From Yuukianura sp. NJ FZ-2021 (Eukaryota), in the NCBI GenBank assembly GCA_046563655.1, contig CM102283.1, positions 2,294,001-2,358,000 on the forward strand: a stretch of DNA of 64,000 bases. Reading direction: 5' to 3'. Shown here piece after piece: positions 13,431-26,518 of the stretch. The translations under genes were made by a program, and so were the position numbers. Under the pieces are notes generated by a model. It was not told the DNA's origin and searched no databases. It saw only the letters and a list, made by a program, of their open reading frames with translations. Each line of letters starts with the position of its first letter. The first letter of the stretch is position 1.

Positions 13431-13718
13431 GCCTATGGACACAGAAGGAGCTTGGCCATGGAGTTCAATCTGCACTATGAGGGGTCAGCAGAGGTCAACC
13501 ACGTCGTTCCAGGCATGAAACATTTGTACGACCTGCACGACTCTATGAAATTTATGGATAGCGGAGAAAGTTATCAAAATATTCATGACTTGGAAGAGGG
13601 AAATATTTTTGATAGATGCTATAAAGACAATTTTAAGAAACTACAACAGGTCAAAGTCAAACGGGATCCAAACAACTACTTTGTGTCTAAGCTGTCTATT
13701 CCAATGGATTCAAAGTAG
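13431..13718 (+). pseudogene. Duplicated 3' fragment of the BBE-like oxidase (BBE domain only)
   Basis: 88-aa ORF nearly identical to the end of the 8778-9527 ORF. No FAD-binding exons upstream. Confidence 0.85.
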
Positions 13719-13737
13719 CAATTAAGATTAATAAGGT

Positions 13738-14006
13738 GGTTCCATGCCATTGTGTCAATTGAATTGTATCAACTGCCATTGCATCAACTGAATTGTGTCA
13801 ATTTGAATTGTATCAACGCTCAATTGTGTCAACGGCTACTTGTATCAACCAACGTAACCAAACCTAACCTAAGCTAAATTAAGCATTACACTCGTTGACA
13901 CAATTAGTCGTTGATACAATTGACCAGTTGATGCAATTTTTGTTGACACAATTCAGTTGATGCAATGGCAGTTGATACAATTCAATTGATACAATGGCGT
14001 GCTACC
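13738..14006. mobile_element. Foldback-type MITE (GGTTCCATGCCATTG...CAATGGCGTGCTACC) with TGTGTCAATTGAAT-like subterminal repeats
   Basis: 8-bp TSD AATAAGGT at 13730-13737 and 14007-14014. The empty site is present in the sister duplicate at ~9540. Confidence 0.9.
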
Positions 14007-14819
14007 AATAAGGTAATGATTAATTAATAAGATAGTGTAATGGAATTTGCTTTATTTTAGAATAAAGGTCAATCTAAATCTGTTTTTGCTTGTTGCAAAA
14101 GAATATGTCATTTTATTTGGTTTGTTAGCTAGGGGAAGCTACTTTATACATCGACCTTGTGTGTTTTATCTGTGCGTCTCGTCGTCGGAAATTGCTCCAT
14201 TTAAATGAAGCTATTTGGAAGCGGTTTGTTGAGATGGGTTTTTGTTGACTGTGAGTGGCCTCTACCAGGGTTAAAGGTCAAGGTCATCAATTTTTTTTAC
14301 GTATTCGGCAACGGATGGACTGATTTTGGAAACGGTTTGCGGAGAAGGACGTTTGAAAACGCGAGGGAAAGATTCCGACGGTTGTTTGACGTCGAGTGAC
14401 CTTCAATAATACTCCGAGGTCAAAGTCAAAAATATTTTTCGCAGGAATTTTCTATCCGACGATACTTATTTCCTTCGTCTTTGCAAGAAATTTATTGTTA
14501 ATGTGTTGATATCGTCTAGAAATGGCGTATGATAAATTATTCGCATACGGAGACGACAAACCCATACTTTTTCGACATGAAAAAAACACACTAAATGAAC
14601 ACTACAAAGCTCTTAACGGTCCTTGTCAGAGTGTAAAAAAGTGAATAGTTTTTAAAAATTTTTGTGGAAACCATAATAATAAATTCACGGGAAATTCTTA
14701 ACTTTTTTTTTTCATTTCTCCGCTGCTAACACTAAATATTATCTCTTTCCTGAGTAAAATTTCGAGTCGCAATTTGCCACCAGAGTCAGTATCTTAAAGC
14801 TTTCGGGGAACTCTGGAAC

Positions 14820-17159
14820 ATGGAGCAGTTGAGCCCGGCACTGAAGTTGTTTTTGAAGTCGATTCAAAAAAATTACAAACTGCATCAGTCACCTTTGGTG
14901 TGGAATAAAAACTTGAAACGCTTTGTAATCGATGGGTCAAGGAAGTACCGTTGCTTAGCCCTTTGCGTTTTACTGCTCGAGGTGGCTGCCATTTTCTTTA
15001 CGATTTTCATGGGCGTCACTAGTCACTTGGAAGGATCGAATCCAGGGTTTACACTTGAATGTGTAGCACAAGCTGCTATTCTGCTACACGACGTTGTCGT
15101 TGATTTGAACATGATATGGAAAGGAAAACTATGGCAACAAGCAGTCAACACGTTGGTGCTCACACAAACACCGGGAACTGGTATTAACTTTTAGTTTATT
15201 AATATTTCTAATACAAAATTCAGAATTCCTAAATTTAGAAAAATTGATTTGAACGAATTGGTAAAGTTGTGATAGTCACTTTTCACTCAACGTACAAAAT
15301 CTTACTAATTAAAGTAGCGAAAGCTACTTTAAACTTTATGCATCGGCATTGTCTGTCTGTTTGGCCGTTCGACGACGTCAACTACCTCGGGAATGGCTCA
15401 ACATTTCTAGGATCTGTTTCCACCGGTGGACTAATAGTGACCCTGTGATATTCATTGAATATCAATTGAATATCATTCCCATGGGTTAACTGCTTCCGGT
15501 CAATTTCAAGGTCAACCGGCTAGTTCCCAGTGACAGCGAAGCACACCATACCATCGAAAAAAAAGACATCGAAATGAAACACATTGAAAATGCAAATACA
15601 TCGCAACAAAAGACATCGAAAACCAACCTCAGTCAGCCAAACCTACGCACGCAATCACTACTGCGTGATTTACCAAACTTAATGTGCTTTAGCATAGCGT
15701 GCTTTACCAAACTTAACGCCAAACTTAAAGTTTTAATTTTAGGCTGAAACTGTACGCACAAATTTCCGCACCGAAGGCGCGGCGTTGGGTTTGGTAAAGC
15801 ACGCAATAGTGATTACGTCTTTAGGTTTGCCCAAGGTTCCTTGACAACGGAAAATTGTTGTTTTTGTTTTGTTTGCCGTTAAGAGGTTGGGTACTACCTC
15901 ACTTGTTGACGAAAAAATGAAAAAAACAAAAATTGGTACCAATTTTGGTACCAATCCCAAAAATTGGTACCAATTCGTATGCAAAATTAAAAAAAAATGG
16001 CTGCATTGTTATGACTACGACGCACCGAAATGAAAAGTTTGAAAAGTTCCAAAATCGAAATAACATGAGGTAATCCCCAACCTCTTACTCAACTAACCTT
16101 GAGGTTTGCCTTGACTGAGGTCATTAGTTTTCGATGTCTTTTGTTTCGATCTGTTTGCATTTTCGATGTCTTTTGTTTCGATCTGTTTGCATTTTCGATG
16201 TTTTTTTCTCCGATGTCTTTTTCTTCGATGTCTTTTCTTCGATGTAATGGCATGGACCCGTTACAACCGCTTATTTCTTTCACATTTTCAGATTCTCGCG
16301 CCATTGACATTTAATCTTTACAAGTCTATCACAACATTTCGTTTCATTAATAGGAAGCGCCCTTTACTGCCCAAATGCAGCCTACAGAACTTTGTGGATG
16401 GTGAAGTTGGCTTACAATGCTTTTCCATTCTCGTGGGTAATTTCTGCCATTGGATCTGTAATATTTGCTCTCGACAACGTGCAATTTCTTGTACAAAAAA
16501 TGATGGTCAACAAAATACAGCAAGGTTCAGGCTCGAATAAATCCGCATATCTTATGATGCACTCCATCACAGGATTATTCTTTATCGGTCGGGCATTTAC
16601 AGCCTATATCACCACATACAAATATCGACAGTATGCAATACTTGGTCTCATCGCCAACGACTTAATGAACCACGTCTTGTCCCCAGCGGGACTAGAAAAA
16701 AGGAAGCGGAACGTAAGCTTGTCGGCAGAAATTCGGCGCTACAACGCCTTTTTGTTGACAACCTCACTCGCATCTGATCTTCTCAATTGGATTTTGGGGT
16801 CATTCGTTGTACTTGCCATTGCATTTTGTTCAGCTTGCTATGCCACTGGACTCAGACGTGTAACAACGTTGTATGGGATGCTGTTGATTGGTGCAGCAAA
16901 TGTACTGATCCTGCCCCTGAACCTCTTCTTGATAACTGCTGCAAAAGTCTACACTACATCAGAAGAGTACGTTGAATTGCTTCGGAAAAGAGCAGCTACA
17001 CACAAGCAGGCACAGACGATCTGTCGAAGAATTAGAGCCTTACGCACATGTCGTATAATGTGTGGTCCACTAAACTATGTGGATACCGGCATGGTCGTTA
17101 CTGCAAACCAGAGTATTCTTGACTATACTCTACAATTTTTAGTTATCCTTAATTCCTAA
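14820..17159 (+). CDS. Gustatory/odorant receptor-like membrane protein, family A copy 2; join(14820..15180,16354..17159)
   Basis: Paralog of 10357-12702 with the same intron position and phase, and an intact ORF. Confidence 0.7.
15537..16259. mobile_element. Degenerate foldback MITE with GACATCGAAAA/TTTTCGATGTC subterminal repeats, in reverse orientation, in the receptor intron
   Basis: The right end AATGGCATGGACCC resembles the reverse complement of GGTTCCATGCCATT. Inverted repeat arrays lie at both ends. The element is absent from the paralogous intron. Confidence 0.65.
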
Positions 17160-17944
17160 GTTAAGCATGTTCCGCAAAAAAAAACTAACCCGATGCTTTT
17201 TACCTTGCTTGCTTTACTTTACTTTATAAATCGACGTTGTCTGTCTGTCTGGCCATCCCCTGGTTGTTTTCGTCAGTGGACTGCAAGAGTCACGGTGATG
17301 CTCACTGTATATCACCCTAGTGGGTCAATTCCTTCGGGGTCAAACGTTAAGGTCACCTGGTAATACGGACGATGACGTCTGCAAAAGTTGTTTGTCTCAT
17401 CGAGTCCAACAACTTTTGGGTACATCGTGTGACCATACGTCACCTTTTCCGGGTCAAAGGTCAACTTTTCTTTTTATACCATTCATAACCATAAAAGGCA
17501 TTTTAGTAGTTCCATGCGTCCCATTGAAAAAAGCATCCCTAATTGAAGCGCCAAAGGGTGGAGAAAATCGGTAATGAAGACTTTCTCTGCCACTCGCTCC
17601 AAATCTCACATGCGTCCATATGACAAGCCGTTTGCAATTGCAGCGCCATCTTTCGCTATTGACGTACTTGAGTTCACAGCGTTTATTTGGTAGGGTCCAG
17701 GTCGTATAGGTATAAATACTCCAGTCGACCAGTTAGCAATTCACATATCGAATTCAATACGAAGAAAACCCTTCATCGCGTATGGGCGTAGTACATACTC
17801 AATAATTACTAAAATTCTTGCTTTGTAAGATTTGACAAATCACATTTTTGAGAATTGTACATACAATTATAGCATTCCTGGATGTAATAAAAATAATTCG
17901 TTCTGTAATAAAATAATATAAGTTTTTGGTGTACTTCAATGGTC

Positions 17945-18190
17945 ATGGAGGTCAATCTGCACTACGAGAGGTCAGCAGAGGTCATACACGTCGTTTCAGG
18001 CGTGAAACGACCTGCACGACTCCATTAAATTCATGGACAGCGGAGAAAGCTATCAAAATATTCATGACTTGGAAGAAAAAAATATTTTTGATAGATTCTA
18101 CAAATAAAATTTTAAGAACCTTCAGAAACTAAAAGCCAAACGGGATCTAAACGACTTATCTAAACTTTTATTCCAAATGGATTTTAAGTG
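17945..18190 (+). pseudogene. Degenerate third BBE-oxidase 3' fragment
   Basis: Homologous to ~9270-9527 with deletions and frameshifts. Confidence 0.8.
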
Positions 18191-18689
18191 GCAATTACGG
18201 CTATAAAATGCCGAAAGTTGGCTTTTAATTTTGGATTTTTGCTTGTGGCAAAACATATTAACTTTTAATTTGCTTTCGCAAGTAGTGAAAGCGACTTTAT
18301 GCATCGATTGTCTCCCTATGTCCTTTAGTCTGGTTGTCAGCCGGCAGCAAAATCAGAAACTGTTCAACATTTTCTTCCGGATCCATTTTCACTGTTAAAA
18401 ACTTGATGAACCAGAGCCCTTCCCTGTATTAATAGCGTAGTGCACGTTATTTTATATTAGAGGCTGTTTCTAATTTTGAGTTTTTGCTTGTTAAGTAGTG
18501 AAAGCTACTTTATAAATTGACATTGTCTGCCTGTTCTCCGCGCCGTCCTGTCAACTTTCTTCTTTTTACCGTTCACAGTTATAGTGAGTGCATATAGTGA
18601 GTGAACTAACTAGTTTAGTTCATATATACATACAACTACAGTTCGCTAGTGCACTGCCATCTTTCGCTACTTTCGTACATTCGGGTTCT

Positions 18690-20102
18690 TTATTTGAAGG
18701 AAATGAGTAAACCAGTGACTCCGCTGAGAATTGTGTCGATGAGAGTGAGTTTGGCTTTTCCCTCCATTTCGTAAAGAGTGCCAATTCTGATCCGTATGAT
18801 GCCCAGACTCCGCAGTTTTGCCCTCAAGTACTTCCGCGCTATTGGATGAGCGATATTTGGGAGTTGAGATGGCGCTCTCATTTTGAATTCCATCGAGAAT
18901 GTGTACAGAGACGACATGACGATTGCTGGCGGAATGAGCATCGAGCCCATAAAGATAACATTGGATACGTTTTTGGCAAATGCATCTACACCCATACTCG
19001 TTCCAAAGTAGATGGCCGAAAATGTAGAGCCAATGAACATGAACAGTATGGCAAATTTGAAAGCAGGGATGAAGAAAGTGCCGAAAATTATACCAAATAA
19101 TTTGTTGATCAAGAAAACGCAATGGTAAATATGTATATTTTCATTGAGTTGCTCGACAGTGTAGTCTCCAGTCTGTGACGACAAGTCTGATACACTAAAA
19201 CATTAGATTAAACGTGTTTACTTCAGTTTTTCTGTTCAATTTCGAGTTCGACTAATAGAGGTGATATTATAGGTAAAAACATTCTTATTGCTTACTGAAA
19301 ACGTCATGTCTGCCTGTCTACAAATGTTTCTCCTTCTTTTCTTTTTCATAAAGTTGAAAATCTTACCATGTTTGCAGCCAATATTTCATAGCGCTTACAG
19401 TGGGGAACAGCGACGTAAAAAGTAGAACGTGATTCAAGAAATAATGATCGATGGAATGAAAAACCGATACACATGTTAACATTGCAATTATAATAGGCGA
19501 GCTGCCCAGTACGATATCCGTCACTATGCAAAACATGCTGATAGAAAGGTAATTTATTTGCATGAATATAAGAACAGCCTTGAAGTGTCTCCGCAAAAAA
19601 CATGGAGGAGATTTCGGTTTACCTTCGTCGAATTTGGATCGGATTTGTTCTAAAAATTAACAACAATAAAAATTTAAGTTAAATCTTTTTCAATTTTTAT
19701 TAAAAAATGAATACCGCATATCTTGCTGAAAGAGATGACTTGAAAAAAGAGCGTAGCATATTCGTCTGAATATTGTCGAAACACTTCATCCATGACCGTC
19801 TGTGAAATTCGGATTTTGATCGCCATTGCTAGCATGGTCAAGTGACCGAGCAGCATGGCATCGTAGGCCTCCATGTTGAGTTGAAGTTGAATGAGGCGGT
19901 AAAATATAAGACAGCAGTACAGAATTTGAATCAAGCGGGCAATTTGTAGCGCATCTTTGAACCGTGCAAGCCATTTAGGCATGTACGTGTTCAAAACTGG
20001 TCCTTTCGGAGTATTTTCAATGAACACAAACTGGGAATTTGGAAGTCTTGTACAACGTTTCAACTTTGAACTTACGAGTTGGAGTTCTGCCGCCGTGAAC
20101 AT
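18690..20102 (-). CDS. Gustatory/odorant receptor-like membrane protein, family B copy 1; complement(join(18690..19194,19367..19649,19715..20102))
   Basis: Multi-TM protein. C-terminal RKYLRAKLRSLGIIRIRIGTLYEMEGKAKLTLIDTILSGVTGLLISF. Exons of 388/283/505 nt join in frame. Confidence 0.75.
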
Positions 20103-20710
20103 TTCGTGAACTTTCAATTCGGATAATGGCAGAATGTTGAAAAATTTTCCTTCCAACGATTTCCAAAATTTCATTCTGTCCACCAATCAGAATTATACTA
20201 AATTTTCATGTACCCTAAATTATTGTATACAGCGAATGAAAAACTTTAAAACTTGGCGGGGGAACAAACTAAAACTTTGAAATTCCTTTTCTATTTTGAT
20301 TGCATTGTAAACATTTGACATTTCCCCGTAACTTCATCAATTGTTCTAAAAATAACATTGAAAATTGTCTGTCAACTTCTATGACATTAGGCCTTAAATA
20401 ATTTAGCCCTAAAAATTCTCGGGAAACTTGAAGCTTCTGTTTAAAAAAAGCATATAAGAAAATTTTGAACTCAAACGTCAAACAAATCATTTGTTCTGCC
20501 AAAATTGTGAGCGCAACGTTTTCCTTACAAACATTGGCAATCAAGGGAATATATATTAGTATATAACGACTTTTTACATATTAAAACGAAATAATATTAA
20601 CTTTTATTTTCTTTAATAAGCATGGAAAGCAAATTTAATACTGTGCGTATAATCTATACTGCCGTTCGCTAATGCGTGGCCATCTTTCGCTACTTTCGTA
20701 CACTCTGTGT

Positions 20711-22525
20711 TTACTTGAAGGAAATGAGTAAGCCAGTGACTCCGTTGAGAATTGTGTCGATGAGAGTAAGTTTGGCTTTTCCTTCCATTTCGTAAAGAGT
20801 GCCAATTCGGACCCGAATGATTCCTAGACTCCGCAGTTTTGCTCTCAAGTACTTCCGTCCAATTGGATTAGCGATATTTGGAAGTTGAGACCGCGCTCTC
20901 ATTTTGAATTGCGTGGAGAGTGTGTACAGAGATGACATGACGACTGCTGGTGGAATGAGCATCGTCCCCATGAAGATGAAATTGGATATGTTTTTGACAA
21001 ATGTATCTACACCCATACTCGTTCCAAAATGGATGGCAGAAAACGTAGAGCCAATGAACATGAATAGCATGGCAAATTTGAACGCAGGGATGAAGAAAGT
21101 ACCGAAAATTATGCCAAATAATTTGTTGATCAAGAAAACGCAGCGGTAAATGTGCAGATTTGCATCAAATTGCTCAACAGTATAGTCTCCAATGCTAGAC
21201 GACAAATCCGTTACACTGAAATATTACAATGAATGGATTTAGTTCAATTTTTAATGCTAAAAAAACAATTTGATCACATTTTCAAATAATTGCAGTAACA
21301 TTAAGGGAAAACAAGATTGCTTATTCAAAACGTCGTGTCTGTCCGTCCGTCCGTCTGTCTGCCTGTATGTAATATGTTCATTCAAAAAAATAAATCTGAG
21401 ATTTCATAAAACTTGCTCCTCTTTGAACAATTTCGGCCTAACTTCCAATCAAGAATGGAAAAAGTCTATCTTTCGCTAGTTGTGCACATCTGATCTATAA
21501 TTGTTCACAACAAATTTTTTTAGGTAATTAAATTAAGTATGTAATATGTTAAAGTTTACATAAAAATGTTTCCTTTCTTTGTTCATATACTTACATTTTC
21601 TGTTCTTCTGTTGAAGCATTTTCTCTCCAACTTCTAAACAAAAGCTTAAACCTTCTCTCTGGCGCTACTTATGCACACCCGATTTATAACAACACACAAT
21701 GAATCTTGCTAATTAAATTAATTAATGTAATATGTTCAGGTTATCACAAATTTTTCTTTCGTTTCTTATAAACTTGAAAATCTTACCACGTTTGTAGCCA
21801 ATATTTCATGCTGATTACCGTTGGAAACAGCGACGTGCAAAGTAAAACGTGATTCGAGAAACAATGATCGATAGAATGAACCACCGTTACAACCGTGGCA
21901 ATTGCAATTACAATTGGCGAATTGCCCAGTACGATATCCGTAACTATGCAGAACATGCTGATAAAAGCGTAATTCCCTTGGAGGAATATAAGAACTGCTT
22001 TGAAGTGTCTCCGGAAAAAACCTGGAGGGGCCTTTGGTTTATCTTTACCGAATTTGGATCGGATTTGTTCTAAAAGTTAAAAAAATTAAGAAAAATCTTC
22101 TTTTTCGAGTTTTTGTTTTTAAAAAAAAAGTGGATACCGCATATTTTGCTGAAACTGATAACTTGAAAAAAGAGCATAGCATATTCGTCTGGATATTGTC
22201 GAAACACTTCGTCCATGACAATCTGTGAAATTCGGAATTTGATTGCCATTGCAAGCATCGTCAAGTGACCAAGCAGCTTGGCGTCGTAGCCCTCCATATT
22301 GCGTTGAACTTTGACAAGACCGTAAAATATAACACAGCAGTACAAAATTTGAAGTAGGCGGGCAATTTGCAACGCATCTTTGAACCGTGCAAGCCATTTT
22401 GGCAAGTACGTGTTCAAAACTGGCCCATTTGGAGTATTTTCAACAAATTTAAACTGGGAATTTGGAAGTTTTGTGCAACGTTTCAACTTTGAGTTTACGA
22501 GTTGGAGTTCCGCCGCGGTGAACAT
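20711..22525 (-). CDS. Gustatory/odorant receptor-like membrane protein, family B copy 2; complement(join(20711..21215,21787..22069,22138..22525))
   Basis: Tandem paralog with the same exon lengths (388/283/505 nt). Confidence 0.75.
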
Positions 22526-23754
22526 TTTGTGAACTTCCGATTAGGAATGGCAGATTGTTTTCATCAACGACGAAATTTAAGAAAAATTTCCATTTCAATA
22601 TGCATCGCCAAAAATTTTCTTCCAATTACTTCCAAAATTTGTTAAAGGCTGTCACCAATCAGAGTCGTATTAAATTTTTAAGTAATTGAAAATGTTAGCA
22701 CTCAATTCAATCATTTTGAAAAAGCGAATGATACCAATACAAGACAAAGTTGTTCCACGATTTTTTTTTGAAATGATGTTTTTTTTAAAACTTTGTTTTC
22801 GCCACAATTTGTAGGATTCGGTGAAAGTAGGAGGGTCTATTTGAAGTATTTAATCATCGTATCACTGTCAACCACGGAATTTGTGAATTACTTTGAAAAT
22901 TGGATCAACTTTTTCGCTAATTGCAAGCACTTTGGAAGTTGTTAGACATTGCATCGGCCTCTCGACATTCGAATCCAAATGAAATATTTTCCAAAGTTCG
23001 ACTTTCAACTTGCATAACAAGTATTTACAAATTCTCCGAAACATGACTTTTCCTTTCTTGTAATTTCATGGAGTTTGTGTCAAAAAAAATTTTTTTTTTT
23101 TTTGCTTTTTGTGGGCATGTCAAAACGCCATTTTGTGAAATCAATTTTCAAGTCTCTCCGGATGAATCACTAAGAAACGAATTACTACGAAAGCAATTCG
23201 ACTTTCCAAGTGATTTGTTTTGTTATATATAAAAAGTATTCCGAGTTACTAAAAGTTTTTAACATGGTTCAAATTAGTTTTGGCATCAGAGCCAAAATGG
23301 CAGAACCAAAATTGGATAACTGCTAAAATATAGCTCATAAAATCGCAATTAAAATCGCTGAACTTTTTCTTACAAGAAGATTTTCAGTACGCTTAACTTT
23401 TTTTTTCTTAAGAGTTTTTAGTTGTTTATGTTTTGCAAATTACTTTTGCAATTCATTTTCCCGTTCATTTGAGTTAGATGGAACTGTATGGGCCTTTCTG
23501 AAAGAGCGTAATTTCTATGGAGTAAAATTTCCTATTGAAACTATGTGCAGAATATATTAAGTTTCGCAAATTTCGTAGAATTTTTTTGTCTAGGAAGAAC
23601 CAATTGCGTCATTGACAATACAATCATAACATCAATATAAGTTTGTTATTCAGTCTCTGCATTTAGTAAACAACAGTTGGGAAGAAAGTGAAAACGTTTG
23701 GCTCATTTTCACAATTTTTTTTTGCTACTTTTGTGAATTTTGGCTTTCGCTAAA

Positions 23755-25191
23755 ATGAAATTAAGTGCTAAGCAACTTGCAGTTATAGCTGTTGGAGTAG
23801 GAGTTGTAACTGTAACGGCAATTTGCCTTGGGGTGTTTTTGAATCGAGACAAAGGTAAGAAAATTAAATATTTCATATAGTGTATATAGATATTTTTGTT
23901 TTACGTTATAACTTGTAGTACTCATTGAATTAGAATACTCATACATAGGCACACATAATACGTAGTAGTTATAATTCCATGTTTTTATTTATAATTTTAC
24001 GTTCACGGGTACACACGGACAATCACCGGATCATGTTTCTTTAGTATAACTTAAAAAACCTTGTACGCTACAATTTTAGGTTACTGCAAAGCCAGTGCCC
24101 GACTGTATTTTGAAACGGACTTCAAAGGTACGCGGTGTAAATTTTTTTTACTCCAAAGGAAATTGATCAGTTTATATTTAATTTAATCATATTTTATATG
24201 TATAAATTTTTGAAAAGTGTTTGGCGCTTTTTTTAAAGGTGACTATGAGGACTACAACTCCAACTATGCAGCAACTCGGAGAGACTGCGCATGCTACCAC
24301 TACGACGCATGGGCTAGAGAAACCATCAGATCCGTCGACACTTACGGAACTTGCGTACGTGTTTTTGTTCACGGCTTTTGCAAAGGCCAATCGCTGGCAG
24401 TATATCCAGGAAGCACCATGGCAACCAATCTACGTCTTGGACCTGCGGGAGTCTTTTCTGGAATGTCTGTTGGATGCTGCGTAGAGGAGGAGTTTGTTAA
24501 TTCAACTTTTCGCGCCCTTTTGCCGCCCAAATTGTACAAGCACTACGGAAATATCACGTGGGTATTTGAAACGGGAGTTGCTGTCAACTATACCGGAACG
24601 GACTACGATGGTTTGAACTTGACGTTGACCAATGATGTATCAACTAATCCCGGCTATTTGTACTTCCATGATTGGTTCGTTTCACAAATATCACGTATTA
24701 CAGAAGATGTTAAAGGCCATGTTGTAAATGCTGGACAGTACTTGACTTACAGTAGACAGTACCTTGTACCCAAGAACGGAGAAAAATTCTTCTACCGAGT
24801 CGAAGAAATCATGCAAACGGAAATTTCGTTGGCAAACTTTTCAAATCCGCAAACACCGCGTGAAATTTCCCGCGAAATTTTGGAGTACTACGAAACTCTG
24901 GAGAAGAACCACGGAGATACGTTGGGATTCTTCAGTCCTTTAGAAATAGGTGGTCCATCGAATGTGACTTACAATGTATTCCCAATGAGTTTTGGCGCCA
25001 AAACGAAAATGGCCAAAGTAATTACGAAAATACGAAATTATCTTGAAGAAACGAAGAGATCGGTTAGATTATCGCTGGATATTTCGTACCAGTATGAATA
25101 TTCTACGCGACCTCTGGGATATACCTATCGAATCGAGGATGAAAAAGAACGAGATTCATTGATTTCTTACGGTGTTGTTCTTAACAATTAA
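23755..25191 (+). CDS. TM + beta/gamma-crystallin-like + endonuclease-fold protein, copy 2; join(23755..23854,24080..24127,24239..25191)
   Basis: Same exon structure as copy 1 (100-nt and 48-nt exons). ARLYFETDFKG...GTCVRVFVHGFCKGQSLAVYPGS and GDTLGFFSPLEIGG...NVFP...STRPLG. Confidence 0.8.
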
Positions 25192-25450
25192 AATACAGTT
25201 AATTACATTTGTTTACTAATTAATAATCGACTTAATTACTGTTTATCTACTAATTAAGAATCGATTTAAATGTATTTATGTGAAGCCCTTAAGATTTAAA
25301 TTGAAACCCCGCGAATCCAATACTAGTAAACAAATACTAAGCAAGAAAAAACAGTACCAAACAAAACAAGTTACCTAAATTCATTTATACAAATTGATTA
25401 AATAACTACTATAATTATCAGGATCAAAATTTAATTAACCCGTAACATAA

Positions 25451-25858
25451 ATGTCGCTTGACGAATTACAAACCAAGGTGACAGAGTGGCTCAATGTCGA
25501 CGTCGGTGACATTTTTGGTAACATTGATATTCCTCGTCAGCTGACTGCAATGTGTTGGGGTTTTGCTACGATTCTTCTTGGGTTCATTGTCCTACAATTT
25601 GACAGTCGATACAATCGTAGTAACCTACGGTAAGAAACGTAACTCATACGTTCAGACAAGTTAATTAAGTGATTAGTTGTTTAATGTGTTGACTGCTTTT
25701 GATGTTTCAGGCCTAGAAGACGTTACGGTTGTTACATCAGGGATCACATTCTGGGAGTGGAAAATCGTTATTTCTTGGCCGTTTTCAATGGAATACTTAT
25801 ATACATGGCACTGGCTTTCACTACTCAAGAAAAACATGTCACATCTGATCAGCTGTAG
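25451..25858 (+). CDS. Small two-TM protein, ARL6IP6-like; join(25451..25629,25711..25858)
   Basis: Spliced 108-aa product with GFIVLQFDS and YFLAVFNGILIYMALAF, resembling the conserved ARL6IP6 C-terminal motifs. Confidence 0.55.
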
Positions 25859-26518
25859 AATATTGGCGGAAGTACTACTCGAACTACTGAATCAGTACTA
25901 CTGACTGAGCCAACAAACAACCAATACCTACTACTATACGCTCCCATCTTTCAATGCAAAGTTGGATACTGAGCGAAAGCTTTTTCAAAGCCTATCAGAA
26001 ACACCGAATAATCACACATCATAGTTTAATTCCGAACGAACACCATTTAACGTCCACATCAACAAACAATGAAAGCAGTATTTTCTATACACACATTGTA
26101 AGTCAAATGTTTTTGTAAGCGTAAGTCATTCCCTCCTTTGTCAGATCTTTGGGCAATGAACTGTTAAAGTTTAAACTGCTTAAAAGTTCAAGGTACTTGG
26201 TACAGGATCACAATTAACTATAATCATTAACTATACATGTAAATACTTGAAATTTAACAATTTTGTATAAACACAGTTTAGCACCAGATGATAGTTAATG
26301 TTAAGGCTATATGACCTTAACTTTAAACTGATTTTCTACGGAGTTTCTAAACCATTTGAGGTACTTAACGAAGGAGTATAGTAGTAGTATTAGTACCCTG
26401 TTGTGAGATTGTAGATAACTTGCAACGTTGAAAGGTTCTAATTAACGTTAGTTTAGCTAATTTGATTGATAATTAAATTATAAATTATAGTGTTTGTAGC
26501 CGTACAACATCCGGTCCT

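Larger units (their letters stand above)
9240..18190 (+). repeat. Tandem segmental duplication with a ~4.2-4.5 kb unit: ~9240-13380, ~13430-17937, plus a degenerate third start ~17945-18190
   Basis: Each full unit contains the BBE 3' end, interspersed repeats and a two-exon chemoreceptor-like gene. Both full units end in AGTTTTTGGTGTACTTC. Confidence 0.9.
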
